From the IMG/VR virus record IMGVR_UViG_3300006789_000027, positions 1 through 57,831 of that record: DNA of 57,831 nt; one strand, written 5' to 3'. Shown piece by piece: positions 1 to 9,416 of the stretch. The position numbers and the translations under genes were made by a program. The stretch comes from a virus. Lineage: Duplodnaviria; Caudoviricetes. The notes beneath the pieces are model-generated. The model did not search any database. It was given only the letters and a program-made list of their open reading frames with translations, and was not told the origin of the DNA. How positions within the stretch are numbered: the stretch's first letter is position 1; each line of letters opens with the position of its first letter.

Positions 1-1
1 C

Positions 2-874
2 TTTCATTACGACACTGATGACCTTCTAACAGACCTTTATGAGGGACATAGGTTAGAAGACTTGTATAAAAACCATAAGCTAGATGAGCTTACAAAGGCT
101 ATTTACAACAACGCAGATTTAGTATCTGTAACCCAAAGAAAGTTCGCAGAAAGAGTTATGCCTTTTATAAAAGGTACTCTTGTCGTAATTAAAAACGCAA
201 TTGATTACGACTTACCTTGTTGGAATTTTCCTAAACCTCAAGTCCCTAAGAAAGCTCCCTGTCGAATTGGATGGGTAGGAGGAATTCACCATGAGCAAGA
301 TTTAAAGCAGGTTCCCAACGTTGCTATGGGAGTTAATGCCAAAGTGGGACCTGAGAAAGTTCATTGGAGATTCTTTGGGAGACCTCCCCTTAATAAGAAA
401 GGCGACAAAGGTGATTGGCAACAGGACGTATGGAATAATTATGAGAAGATCCTAACCAGAGGGATTCGGCATAGGAATTGGGCTGTATATCCTGCAATGG
501 CATCCCACCTGTACGGAGCTATGTTTCCGAATATGGATATTGCTATTGCTCCCTTGGAGTGGAATAACTTTAATGACTCTAAATCCGAAATTAAGCTTAT
601 GGAGTGTGGTAGGTATGGGATTCCTTTAATTGCTACAGACTGCGGATGTTACGATGAGGTTATTAAGAATGGGGTTACGGGGTACCTTGTATCTAAGGAC
701 AACCCAAGGGGTGAATGGGTTTCAGCTTTGTCTCGCCTTATTAAAGACAAAGATTTACGAGAAGAAATGGGTAGAAATCTGAAGAAAATCACAGATGAAC
801 GCTTTAATATTAATAATCATATACATTCCCGCTTGGAGTTATATGAACAACTTTTAGAACGTGTCGAAAATTAA
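2..874 (+). CDS. GT-B (GT4-like) glycosyltransferase, 5' truncated
   Basis: Frame open from the window edge. DTDDLL, IGWVGG..H..DL, and NDSKSEIKLMECGRYGIPLIA...IKNGVTGYLV are typical GT4-like C-terminal motifs. Confidence 0.85.
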   Translation, partial: FHYDTDDLLTDLYEGHRLEDLYKNHKLDELTKAIYNNADLVSVTQRKFAERVMPFIKGTLVVIKNAIDYDLPCWNFPKPQVPKKAPCRIGWVGGIHHEQDLKQVPNVAMGVNAKVGPEKVHWRFFGRPPLNKKGDKGDWQQDVWNNYEKILTRGIRHRNWAVYPAMASHLYGAMFPNMDIAIAPLEWNNFNDSKSEIKLMECGRYGIPLIATDCGCYDEVIKNGVTGYLVSKDNPRGEWVSALSRLIKDKDLREEMGRNLKKITDERFNINNHIHSRLELYEQLLERVEN

Positions 875-1643
875 AATAATATCGGGCTGGACTAACCCTG
901 GAGGTTCTACGGTTGCATTTATAAACTTGTGTAATCTTTTTAACGAGAATGGTTTAGATTGTACGTTTTATGGTCCTCATGATTGGCACTTGGACAAGTG
1001 TAAGGCGGGAAGACTTCAAGAGTGTGCTGTAAATGAGGAAGGTGAAAATCTCATAGTACACTTTTTGAAGTTTCCTGAAAGACCTGAAAGCTCGAATAAA
1101 GTTATTTTAGCTTGTCATGAGAAGCAAGTATTTCCCATAAAGGAAATAAAGCCTTTTTGGGATGACATCGTATATGTGTCTGAATCTCAAATGAAGTGGC
1201 AAGAAGTTACGGGGGAGATTATCCCCAACATAATTTTCCCCCTTATTGAAAGAGAAAAATCCTTTGTATCTGCAGGAGCTATTGGAAGTATAGATAGAAA
1301 CAAAAATACGCATGTTTCCATCGAAAGAGCTTTAGCGGACGGGCATTCTGAAATGCTTCTATACGGGCTAGTAACTGATGAAGTGTATTACTCCGAGGAA
1401 GTAAAAAACTACGTCGAGTCTGGTTACGCAAAAATTATGAAACATGAGAATGACAAACAGAAAATGTATGATACCCTTTCAGATGTTTATCATAGCTCAC
1501 TCAGTGAGACTTTTAATTTTATTAAGCCTGAGTGTGAAAAAGCAGGTGTTAGGTATCACGGATTAGACTCCGCTGAATCTGGAGCGGGATATTGGACCTC
1601 AGAAGATATACTGAGTAAATGGAAGGAACTGCTAAAGGTATGA
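861..1643 (+). CDS. Glycosyltransferase-like protein (GT-B)
   Basis: N-terminal PGGST motif and C-terminal HSSLSETF motif; lies in a GT cluster. Confidence 0.65.
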   Translation: MSKIKIISGWTNPGGSTVAFINLCNLFNENGLDCTFYGPHDWHLDKCKAGRLQECAVNEEGENLIVHFLKFPERPESSNKVILACHEKQVFPIKEIKPFWDDIVYVSESQMKWQEVTGEIIPNIIFPLIEREKSFVSAGAIGSIDRNKNTHVSIERALADGHSEMLLYGLVTDEVYYSEEVKNYVESGYAKIMKHENDKQKMYDTLSDVYHSSLSETFNFIKPECEKAGVRYHGLDSAESGAGYWTSEDILSKWKELLKV

Positions 1644-3628
1644 CTGTACTTAAAAAAATGGAACAAAGTTCTCAGAGAATAGTGGTCTTAACGACCTTGT
1701 ATAATTGTGAAGAGTGGATTGATAAATGCATTCAATCTATTAAAGACCAGACGTATGATAATTATAAGTGTTTCATTTTAGATGATATGTCAACGGACTC
1801 TTCAGTAGAAAAAGCTAAAAAATCTATTGGCGATGACCCTAGGTTCTTTATAGTTCAAAATACTAAAAAGTATTACCAGACTGGAAACTACGATCAAATT
1901 ATTAGGAGTGATCAAGTTCAGGATGATGATATTTGCGTCGAAGTTGATGGGGACGATTGGTTGCCCGATAGTGGTGTTTTTGACAGAGTGATTGATACCT
2001 ATTCAGAGGGGGAGATTTGGATTGCTTTTGGGCAGTTTAGATATGCAGATGGGCGTAAAGGCTTTGCCCAACAAGGAAGCGTAGCTCAATGCAGGACGAG
2101 TGTGTTTACAATGTCTCACCTAAGAACTTGGAAAGCGTTTTTGTGGCGTAGCATTCAGGTTGAAGATTTATACACTTATACGGGCTGGTATTCTGATGGA
2201 GGGGGAGATGTATTCTTTATGACCCCCATGTATGAGATGGCTACAGAACGGCACACTAAATTTATGGAGGGTATTAATTATGTTTATAATGATGATAATC
2301 CTCTTAACGATCATAAAAGGGAAAGCAATCCACAACACCAACACGCTAATTTTGCTAGAAGTAAGTCCCCCTACGGACCCCTTAATTTTGGATATAACCT
2401 CTTAACTCCTTATCGTTTTGATTTAGTCCCCAAATTCTTGTATGCTTCGTATAAAGAGGCTAAACTAAAGACTGATTTTGCAGTTGATATTTACAAAGAA
2501 CATTTACGTGTTTGGAATGGCTTTAAGGAGTACGATAATCCATATAAGAATACCTTTGAAAAATTTAAGGAGTGTTTTGATAATTTAATTGCTTCTATGC
2601 GAGAGAGCGGGTTTGATAAAAACTACCCCGTCCCTACTACTCCAGAAGGACACCTCTTAAATGGATCGCACCGAACAGCGGCAGCTTACATTACTAATTC
2701 AACTTTAAGAACACAGAAGACTACTGAGCCCTCTGCTGGTCAGCTTGATTGCGGCTCTGCTTTTTTTAGAAATTTAGGTTTAGGTAAAAAGCACTTAGAT
2801 TTTATAGCTTTAGAGTATGCTAAACTGAAACCTAGTACTAAAGTTATTACCTTACATCCCGTGAGAGATCCTTCTAAGGAAGAAGCAGTAACTGATTTAA
2901 TATATTCTACCACCGAAGTTGTTTATGATTCAGTAGTTCCTTTAGAAAAAATTGGATTTACCAGATTTATGAGCCAAATGTATTTAGGGGAATCTTGGTT
3001 AAGCACACCACAAGATCCGATAGCTGGAGCAAAGATTAAAGCAGGCTTATGTTGGGGCTCTACCCCTGTTCGTGTTATCTTAATTGAAGAGGCTGACCTA
3101 GAAAAAGTAAATTCGCTTAAATCGAATATTCGGAGTATTTATAATATTGATAAGTCTTCAGTCCACATTAATGATACTCATGAAGAGACTTTACGATTAG
3201 CAAGAGTAATATACAATCCCAATAGTGTTTATTTCCTGAATAAAGGTAATCCTGATTTTTCGGAAAAGCTTAGTATTGAATTGAATAAGTACAAGAGAAC
3301 TATTGAAGGTAATAATTTAAATTCTGATCTTTTCTGTGTAACAGGAAGTGCGGTGATGTCCTTGTTTGGGTTGCGAGAATGTGCTGATTTAGACTATCTC
3401 CATTATAATCCTAATCATATTATTAAAGGTAGCTCTTACATTAGTTCACATGAAAATGAGTTAAGTAAGTATCCTATGCATAAAGATGACATTTTGTTCA
3501 ACCCTAATAACCATTTTTATTGGAACAACATAAAGTTTGCTACATTAGACGTTGTGAAATCTTTAAAGGCCCATAGAGGGGAAGCCAAAGATTTAGTTGA
3601 TGTTAAGTTAGTGGAGAGTATTTTATGA
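1640..3628 (+). CDS. Multidomain GT2 glycosyltransferase fused to ParB/Srx-like and nucleotidyltransferase-like domains
   Basis: N-term TTLYNCEEWI..DDMSTD..VDGDDW (GT2); mid LLNGSHRTAAA; C-term TGSAVMSLFGLRECADLD (GS..DxD). Start moved to the ATGA overlap at 1640. Confidence 0.7.
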   Translation: MTVLKKMEQSSQRIVVLTTLYNCEEWIDKCIQSIKDQTYDNYKCFILDDMSTDSSVEKAKKSIGDDPRFFIVQNTKKYYQTGNYDQIIRSDQVQDDDICVEVDGDDWLPDSGVFDRVIDTYSEGEIWIAFGQFRYADGRKGFAQQGSVAQCRTSVFTMSHLRTWKAFLWRSIQVEDLYTYTGWYSDGGGDVFFMTPMYEMATERHTKFMEGINYVYNDDNPLNDHKRESNPQHQHANFARSKSPYGPLNFGYNLLTPYRFDLVPKFLYASYKEAKLKTDFAVDIYKEHLRVWNGFKEYDNPYKNTFEKFKECFDNLIASMRESGFDKNYPVPTTPEGHLLNGSHRTAAAYITNSTLRTQKTTEPSAGQLDCGSAFFRNLGLGKKHLDFIALEYAKLKPSTKVITLHPVRDPSKEEAVTDLIYSTTEVVYDSVVPLEKIGFTRFMSQMYLGESWLSTPQDPIAGAKIKAGLCWGSTPVRVILIEEADLEKVNSLKSNIRSIYNIDKSSVHINDTHEETLRLARVIYNPNSVYFLNKGNPDFSEKLSIELNKYKRTIEGNNLNSDLFCVTGSAVMSLFGLRECADLDYLHYNPNHIIKGSSYISSHENELSKYPMHKDDILFNPNNHFYWNNIKFATLDVVKSLKAHRGEAKDLVDVKLVESIL

Positions 3629-4362
3629 GTAAGCTAAATGTTCCTTTTTATGTGTCTACTAATAACAAGCATCTTGAATGCTTGGAGGTCTTCATCCATA
3701 TATTTAATCAGTGTATTCCAGAGCAAGAGCTTATAGTTTTAGGCTATAATAAACCATCGTATGAATTACCTGAAAATTGTAAGTTTATTTCAATGGGTGA
3801 GCAGGGGGATGTTTCCGAGTGGTCAACAGACCTGAGAAGATACTTTTTAGGCTGTGATGATGATTATTTCCTATATGGAACTGAAGATACTTTCTTTTAT
3901 GATACACCAAAAATTGAATACATTAACTACTTGTTGGGAAGAATGAAAGATAATGGGGCAATAGGGAGAGTTCAACTTACAGATGGCGCAGAGGAAAATG
4001 ATTGCACTCTTGAAACCAGTTGGCATTATAAAGTAAAATTGGTAGATGAAGTTACTGAGTGTCCTTGGGGAGACTTTAAACTGTTTAAACAAGTTCAGGG
4101 AAGCAATTATACTATAAACACGCAATTTTCACTTTGGAATAAGGAGTACTTTCTTAAATACATGACTGATGGGATGACCCCTTGGCAATTTGAAATTGAT
4201 GGCTCAGTACGAGCAAGAAATGACAGTAATTACGAAGTATGGATGGTCGATGGAACAATCCCAATCAAGAAAAAAGAAGGGTATCAGGCAGGAAGATGGC
4301 AAAACGTAGAGCATTGGGCTCATGCATTAGGTAATAAACTAAAAAAGAGAATTTTAACATGA
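3625..4362 (+). CDS. GT-A fold glycosyltransferase-like protein
   Basis: YFLYGTEDTF and SLWNKEY...TPWQFE motifs; overlaps neighbours by ATGA. Confidence 0.55.
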   Translation: MSKLNVPFYVSTNNKHLECLEVFIHIFNQCIPEQELIVLGYNKPSYELPENCKFISMGEQGDVSEWSTDLRRYFLGCDDDYFLYGTEDTFFYDTPKIEYINYLLGRMKDNGAIGRVQLTDGAEENDCTLETSWHYKVKLVDEVTECPWGDFKLFKQVQGSNYTINTQFSLWNKEYFLKYMTDGMTPWQFEIDGSVRARNDSNYEVWMVDGTIPIKKKEGYQAGRWQNVEHWAHALGNKLKKRILT

Positions 4363-5231
4363 ATTATATAAAAGAAGAGACTTTGGGAGAACAAGATGAA
4401 AGCTATCATAGATATTTGCTAGTATGTGAAAAAGCATCTACTGATGATGATACCTTTCAAAATTTTAAATCGGATCCAAACTACACATACGAACTAGAAC
4501 ATACATCTGCACCCTTAGGAGAACACTACGTCTCCCTGCTTCTAGAGGAATACCCGAGTATATTAAAAGAGTTGGATTGGGATAAAATAAGAATAAATGA
4601 TAGGCACGGTAATACGGCAAAGCATAATTTTTCAAGACTACTTAACTACTGTGGTGGCGATAGTGAGTTTTCACCAACAACCATTGGCTACTTGTATCTC
4701 GCTTTACGAATGCTTCATAACCTGAAAAAACAAAATAAGAACAATATTGATGTTTTTGAAATAGGGTGTGGTTATGGGGGACAATGCTACTTATTTCACA
4801 TAATTTCAGAATTCATGGGTATCACAATTAACTCATACAACTTAGTTGACCTACATCATGCAACGACCCTGCAAGAGAAATACCTCGCTCTTTTAGGTAT
4901 AACAGAAACTGTTAATTTTCTCTCGTGCAAAGATTTTGATGAGTGGAAAACTAAAATTGAAAATGTTGATTATGTGATTAGCAATTATGCTTTTTCCGAA
5001 ATGAGTGACTCATGGGCAAGAAGATATCTGGATACCATTGTCTCAAAAGCAAAGCATGGGTTTTTTCAATGGAATAATAGGGATGGGAAAGACGGCAGCA
5101 GTCGAGGAGGCAACCTTACATTATCCGAATTTGTTAGCAAAATTCCTGATAATAACTCTATGATTCAGGATCCAGGTAACCCTTTACATTTATATCCGCA
5201 ATGGCACTACATGAGACTAATTGAGTTTTAA
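4359..5231 (+). CDS. Putative sugar O-methyltransferase (SAM-dependent)
   Basis: VFEIGCGYGG motif I, LVDL, and DYVISNYAFSEM. Confidence 0.7.
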   Translation: MNYIKEETLGEQDESYHRYLLVCEKASTDDDTFQNFKSDPNYTYELEHTSAPLGEHYVSLLLEEYPSILKELDWDKIRINDRHGNTAKHNFSRLLNYCGGDSEFSPTTIGYLYLALRMLHNLKKQNKNNIDVFEIGCGYGGQCYLFHIISEFMGITINSYNLVDLHHATTLQEKYLALLGITETVNFLSCKDFDEWKTKIENVDYVISNYAFSEMSDSWARRYLDTIVSKAKHGFFQWNNRDGKDGSSRGGNLTLSEFVSKIPDNNSMIQDPGNPLHLYPQWHYMRLIEF

Positions 5232-5232
5232 T

Positions 5233-5895
5233 ATGAAGAATATAATTATACTTGCTGCTGGACCCCCCAAATACGAAAGAAATCGTCATTTAGAGATTTT
5301 TGATGGGGAGATTTTAATTGATAAAGTAATCAATAAGTGTAGAATAGATGATACAAAATTATATGTGGTTATTGATAAAAGCAATAATCAACTAAGAGAT
5401 CACCTAGAAAATTTAAATGATATTCAAATACTCTACCCAGAGGATCAGAGAATGTACAGCACCTTTAAAGAAGCCTTGTCTGTAGACGGAGACTGCATTA
5501 TGGTTGCTGGAGATTTAATTGGGTTACGGAGTGGGGACATAGAAAAGTTTGTTAATAGTAACTTTAAATCAGCTATCTGTAAGTATGCTCATCCTTGGGG
5601 TAATAATCTTATACAAAAAGGAATGATTAGACGGGCAGACGTAGGAGACTGTATTAATATGATATGTCAGGAGCATAAGGAAGAGTTTTTAAGCAACGAT
5701 AATAGGGATAAGGCGCAGGACTTGTGGAGTATTTTTTTTGAAGGCGCTACTATGAATCCTTACATTTATAATGACGTAGGTACGTTTATGTCCTATTCTT
5801 TTTATCACAATCTTTGGTCAGATCCTAAAACTGACTCTAGAGGAGAAAAAGGATTAATACCTTTTAATCACAATATTTATAATGACAATGATTAA
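5233..5895 (+). CDS. NTP-transferase (MobA/LicC-like nucleotidyltransferase fold)
   Basis: MKNIIILAAG N-terminus and MVAGD motif; immediately upstream of the pepM-like gene. Confidence 0.55.
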   Translation: MKNIIILAAGPPKYERNRHLEIFDGEILIDKVINKCRIDDTKLYVVIDKSNNQLRDHLENLNDIQILYPEDQRMYSTFKEALSVDGDCIMVAGDLIGLRSGDIEKFVNSNFKSAICKYAHPWGNNLIQKGMIRRADVGDCINMICQEHKEEFLSNDNRDKAQDLWSIFFEGATMNPYIYNDVGTFMSYSFYHNLWSDPKTDSRGEKGLIPFNHNIYNDND

Positions 5896-5904
5896 TAGAT
5901 CAAA

Positions 5905-6774
5905 ATGAAAACTATAAAAGAATTATTAAATGACGTAAAAGCTACTAATGTTGTTATAGGGGCCAACAACCCTTTAATAGCAGAACTAGCTATGAGAGCG
6001 GGGTATGATGGGGTATGGGTATCAAGCTTTGAATCTCATGCATGGAACCTTCTACCAGACGCAAACATTCTAAATACGACTGATTACTTTGATACTATTA
6101 GCAAGATTAGTGACAGGATAAGTATTCCTATTTTGGTGGACGCTGATGAGGGTGGTCCTAGCTCTATTAATACAATTAGAATGGTTAGAGAGTATGAGAA
6201 GGCAAAAGCTTCTGCTATGTGTTTTGAGGATAATCCATCTCCTAAGCGGTGTTCTTTTTATGGGATGAAGCAAAGTTTGGAAACACCAGAGATTATGTGC
6301 GGCAAGATTAAAGCAGCAGTAGAGAAAAGATTAGATAAAGATTTTGCAATCATTACTAGAACAGAGGCTCTAATTCAAGGTCATGGTCAGTTGGTTGCTT
6401 TAGAGAGAGCTAAAATGTACAACGATGCTGGGTGCGATGCGTTTTTAATTCACAGCAAGAGTAAGACTCCAGAAGAGGTTTTAGAATTTGCTGATGCGTA
6501 TCATAAAGCTAATCTTCGCGCACCTTTGGTTTGTGTGCCTACTACGTATAATAAGGTGACTATAGACGAATTAAACAGTGCAGGGTTTAGTTTGGTAATT
6601 TACGCTAACTACTCTGTTAGAGCGGCAGTAAAAGCAATTCAGGATGTTTTTAAAAAGATACATGAGGGAGGTTCTTTATCTGCTGCTAATGATGATGTAG
6701 TTGAGATGGAAAATATATTTGAATTGATTCGAGTGGATCAACTTAAGGACAACCAGCAAAGATATGGATCCTAA
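5905..6774 (+). CDS. pepM: Phosphoenolpyruvate mutase-like (ICL/PEPM superfamily)
   Basis: GYDGVWVSS, LPD, ILVDADEG, EDNPSPKRCSF loop, RTEALI, LIHSK, VPTTY, VIYANY; followed by Ppd and AEP transaminase genes. Confidence 0.8.
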   Translation: MKTIKELLNDVKATNVVIGANNPLIAELAMRAGYDGVWVSSFESHAWNLLPDANILNTTDYFDTISKISDRISIPILVDADEGGPSSINTIRMVREYEKAKASAMCFEDNPSPKRCSFYGMKQSLETPEIMCGKIKAAVEKRLDKDFAIITRTEALIQGHGQLVALERAKMYNDAGCDAFLIHSKSKTPEEVLEFADAYHKANLRAPLVCVPTTYNKVTIDELNSAGFSLVIYANYSVRAAVKAIQDVFKKIHEGGSLSAANDDVVEMENIFELIRVDQLKDNQQRYGS

Positions 6775-7159
6775 CCTGTTTGATAGTTTAGTGCGTGAAG
6801 GTTATACATTCTTCACTGGAGTTCCTGATAGTGCGTTAAAACAATTTCAAGACGATATTATAAACTCTGGGCTACGGCATGTCATTGCAACCAATGAAGG
6901 TCAAGCGATTGGCATAGCTGTAGGAGCAGAATTAGCGGGTGAAAAGGCTTGTGTTTATTTGCAAAACTCTGGTTTGGGTAACATTATAAACCCAGTAACT
7001 AGTTTGTGTATACCTTATGGTATTCTACCTTGTTTAGTCATTGGGCATCGACATACTTTGCCTCAACATAGAATTATGGGAGAAACTGATGAAAAGTTAC
7101 TTCAGTTGATTGGATACACAAATTACACCATTGTTAAAGGGGGTAATAATGTTAACTAG
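6764..7159 (+). CDS. ppd: Phosphonopyruvate decarboxylase, alpha/N-terminal (PYR) subunit
   Basis: FFTGVPDSAL, NEGQAIGIAVG, YLQNSGLGNIINP, PQHRIMG. Confidence 0.85.
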   Translation: MDPNLFDSLVREGYTFFTGVPDSALKQFQDDIINSGLRHVIATNEGQAIGIAVGAELAGEKACVYLQNSGLGNIINPVTSLCIPYGILPCLVIGHRHTLPQHRIMGETDEKLLQLIGYTNYTIVKGGNNVN

Positions 7160-7610
7160 AGAGGAGTCTATTAGAGAGATATTTGAAAAGCATGGTGACG
7201 CTGTTTACGTGACCAACACTGGTTACATGTCCAGGGCTGTGTATAGTTTATATCCCGACAAAGAAAGCATATTCTATATGCAAGGCAGCATGGGTATTGC
7301 CCCGTGTATTGGTTTGGGCATTGCTAAGAATACAACTAAAGATGTTGTAGTTTTAAGTGGGGACGCTGCACTACTAATGCATTTAGGGATTACTCATAGC
7401 ATTCGTGATGCAAACTTGCCTAACTTATTCGTTTATGTATTAGATAATGGTTGTCATGAGTCTGTTGGAGGTTACGATTGTTCATTTTTGGAAAAGAACT
7501 ACCCTGGAGTTACTAAGATTTATAAAATTAGCAATGACGGAAAGTGTCCTAGAGTGGAGGTTGAGTGTTTAGAAAATACAAAAAGGGTTAAGGATTTTTT
7601 AAATGCATAA
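7149..7610 (+). CDS. ppd: Phosphonopyruvate decarboxylase, beta (TPP-binding) subunit
   Basis: TNTGYMSR, FYMQGSMG, GDAALLMHLG, LDNGCHESVGG (GDG..N-type TPP motif). Start moved to ATG 7149. Confidence 0.85.
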   Translation: MLTREESIREIFEKHGDAVYVTNTGYMSRAVYSLYPDKESIFYMQGSMGIAPCIGLGIAKNTTKDVVVLSGDAALLMHLGITHSIRDANLPNLFVYVLDNGCHESVGGYDCSFLEKNYPGVTKIYKISNDGKCPRVEVECLENTKRVKDFLNA

Positions 7611-8592
7611 GATACTACTCAACCCAGGACCAACTAATACGAGATATAAAACTAAAGAGGCCCAGACTAACGGCTCTGATGTCTGTCATAGGACGGAAGA
7701 GTTTAAAAGTATATTGCAGCAGACTAAAAATCTATTACTGAAGAGATTTGGTTCCTCATGTGGGTTTAAGATTGCTTTATTGGGGGGAAGTGGGACTATT
7801 GGAATGGAAGCAATGATTTCCTCTCTTGTGGATGAAAAAGTGGTTGTGCTCAATGCTGGCATCTACGGGCAAAGGGCAGTAGACATGCTGAAGATTTATG
7901 GTGTAGAGTATACTGAAGTTCCTGTTAAAGACATCAGAGATGTTAAACCTAACGAAGAGTATAAATGTGTTTATTTCGTAGAGAATGAAACTACGACAGG
8001 TGAACACTTCCCTTTAGAAATACTAGCACAGAAGTATCCTAATGCTAAGTTTTTTATTGACGCTACATCCTCTTTTGGAGCATCTAAATATGATGACTTT
8101 TTAAATAGAATCAATGTAATTTCTTTTTGTAGCAATAAATGCTTGCAGTCAACCCCCGGCCTTGGCATTGTAATATGGGACGAGAGACTGAAATGTCATG
8201 GTAGATCTTATTATTGTGATTTAAGTAGGTATACATCTGAAAGTATACCGTTCACCCTCCCTGTCCAGTCAGTATATGCACTACATTCTACTCTAGAAAT
8301 AACTTCCAACCATCAAGAGTGTTTTAACGAGAGAAGAGATAAACTAATTTTAGAGTTTTCTAAGATGGGAATAGAATCAATAAATTACTTACCCAGCAAT
8401 TCTATTATAGGATTCAAACATCCTACTATGAAGTATGAACAATTAAGAGACTTTTTGTATGATCGGGGGTTGGTCATATATGCGGGGGTAAAGGGGATAG
8501 AAAACAGTTTTAGAGTTTCTACTATGAGTTCTATTTTTGATGATAAATTTAATTTTATAATGGAGAAATTTAATGAAACGTGTATACGCTGA
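7603..8592 (+). CDS. 2-aminoethylphosphonate transaminase (class V PLP; AepZ/PhnW-like)
   Basis: LLNPGP, HR..EF, GSGT..ME, NETTTG, DATSSFG, SNKCLQSTPG (PLP lysine), PFT.P. Confidence 0.85.
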   Translation: MHKILLNPGPTNTRYKTKEAQTNGSDVCHRTEEFKSILQQTKNLLLKRFGSSCGFKIALLGGSGTIGMEAMISSLVDEKVVVLNAGIYGQRAVDMLKIYGVEYTEVPVKDIRDVKPNEEYKCVYFVENETTTGEHFPLEILAQKYPNAKFFIDATSSFGASKYDDFLNRINVISFCSNKCLQSTPGLGIVIWDERLKCHGRSYYCDLSRYTSESIPFTLPVQSVYALHSTLEITSNHQECFNERRDKLILEFSKMGIESINYLPSNSIIGFKHPTMKYEQLRDFLYDRGLVIYAGVKGIENSFRVSTMSSIFDDKFNFIMEKFNETCIR

Positions 8593-9415
8593 TATAGTAG
8601 GTGATTTATTTCATGTAGGTCATTTGAATTTGTTTAAACAGGCTAGAGAGTTTGGAGACTTATTGATAGTTGGAGTTCATTCGGACGCCACAGTAGAATC
8701 TTATAAAAGAAAACCTGTCATAGAAGAAAACTATAGGTACGAGATTGTTAAAAATTGCAGACTAGTGGATGAGATTATAGAAAACGCTCCTAGGATGATT
8801 ACTAAGGAGTTTATTGATAGGCACAACATAGATGTGGTTGTACACGGAGATGACCCCAGCCCAGAGTTTGAAGAACAACATAAAGTACCTTTAGCTTTGG
8901 GTATTATGAAGTATGTTAAGTATACTAAAGGGATATCGTCAACGGAAATTATAAAAAAAACACAGGACGTTGCTGATAGGAAAAATCTTAAAGCTGAAAA
9001 AGAAATAGTTAAAGTTAGATCTAAATTGAATAATAAAATGCTTCATTGTGTTTACAGAGCGTCTGAATTAGTTTCGGGAAGGACGGAGTTAATTGAGCCT
9101 GATAATTTTATTCAGTGTGCTTATTTAAAGATGGATAAGGGCAAAACCTTTAGAGCACATAAACATATCTGGAAGAAGCCTTGCTTTGAGGAAATGATTG
9201 CTCAAGAAAGTTGGGTAGTAATTCGAGGTAGTGTAAAAGTGCATTTTTTTGACACGGAAATGCAGCCTTTAGAAACGCACATACTTAAAGCAGGAGATGC
9301 CTCGTTTACTTTAGAAGGAGGGCATACCTATGAGATTTTAGAGGATAACACCCTAGTATACGAATATAAAACCGGCCCCTACGAAGGCCAAGAATTAGAT
9401 AAGGTATTTAATTAG
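8573..9415 (+). CDS. HxGH cytidylyltransferase fused to a C-terminal cupin (WbuC-like) domain
   Basis: GDLFHVGHL, GVHSD..YKRKP, VVHGDD, GISST; C-term AHKH..QESW..GGHTY..EYKTGPY. Confidence 0.8.
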   Translation: MKRVYADIVGDLFHVGHLNLFKQAREFGDLLIVGVHSDATVESYKRKPVIEENYRYEIVKNCRLVDEIIENAPRMITKEFIDRHNIDVVVHGDDPSPEFEEQHKVPLALGIMKYVKYTKGISSTEIIKKTQDVADRKNLKAEKEIVKVRSKLNNKMLHCVYRASELVSGRTELIEPDNFIQCAYLKMDKGKTFRAHKHIWKKPCFEEMIAQESWVVIRGSVKVHFFDTEMQPLETHILKAGDASFTLEGGHTYEILEDNTLVYEYKTGPYEGQELDKVFN

Positions 9416-9416
9416 A

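Noticed and set aside
6764-7610. Sulfopyruvate decarboxylase ComDE (coenzyme M route)
   Set aside because: The split form is compatible, but flanking PepM-like and AEP-transaminase genes favour Ppd; not excluded without phylogeny.
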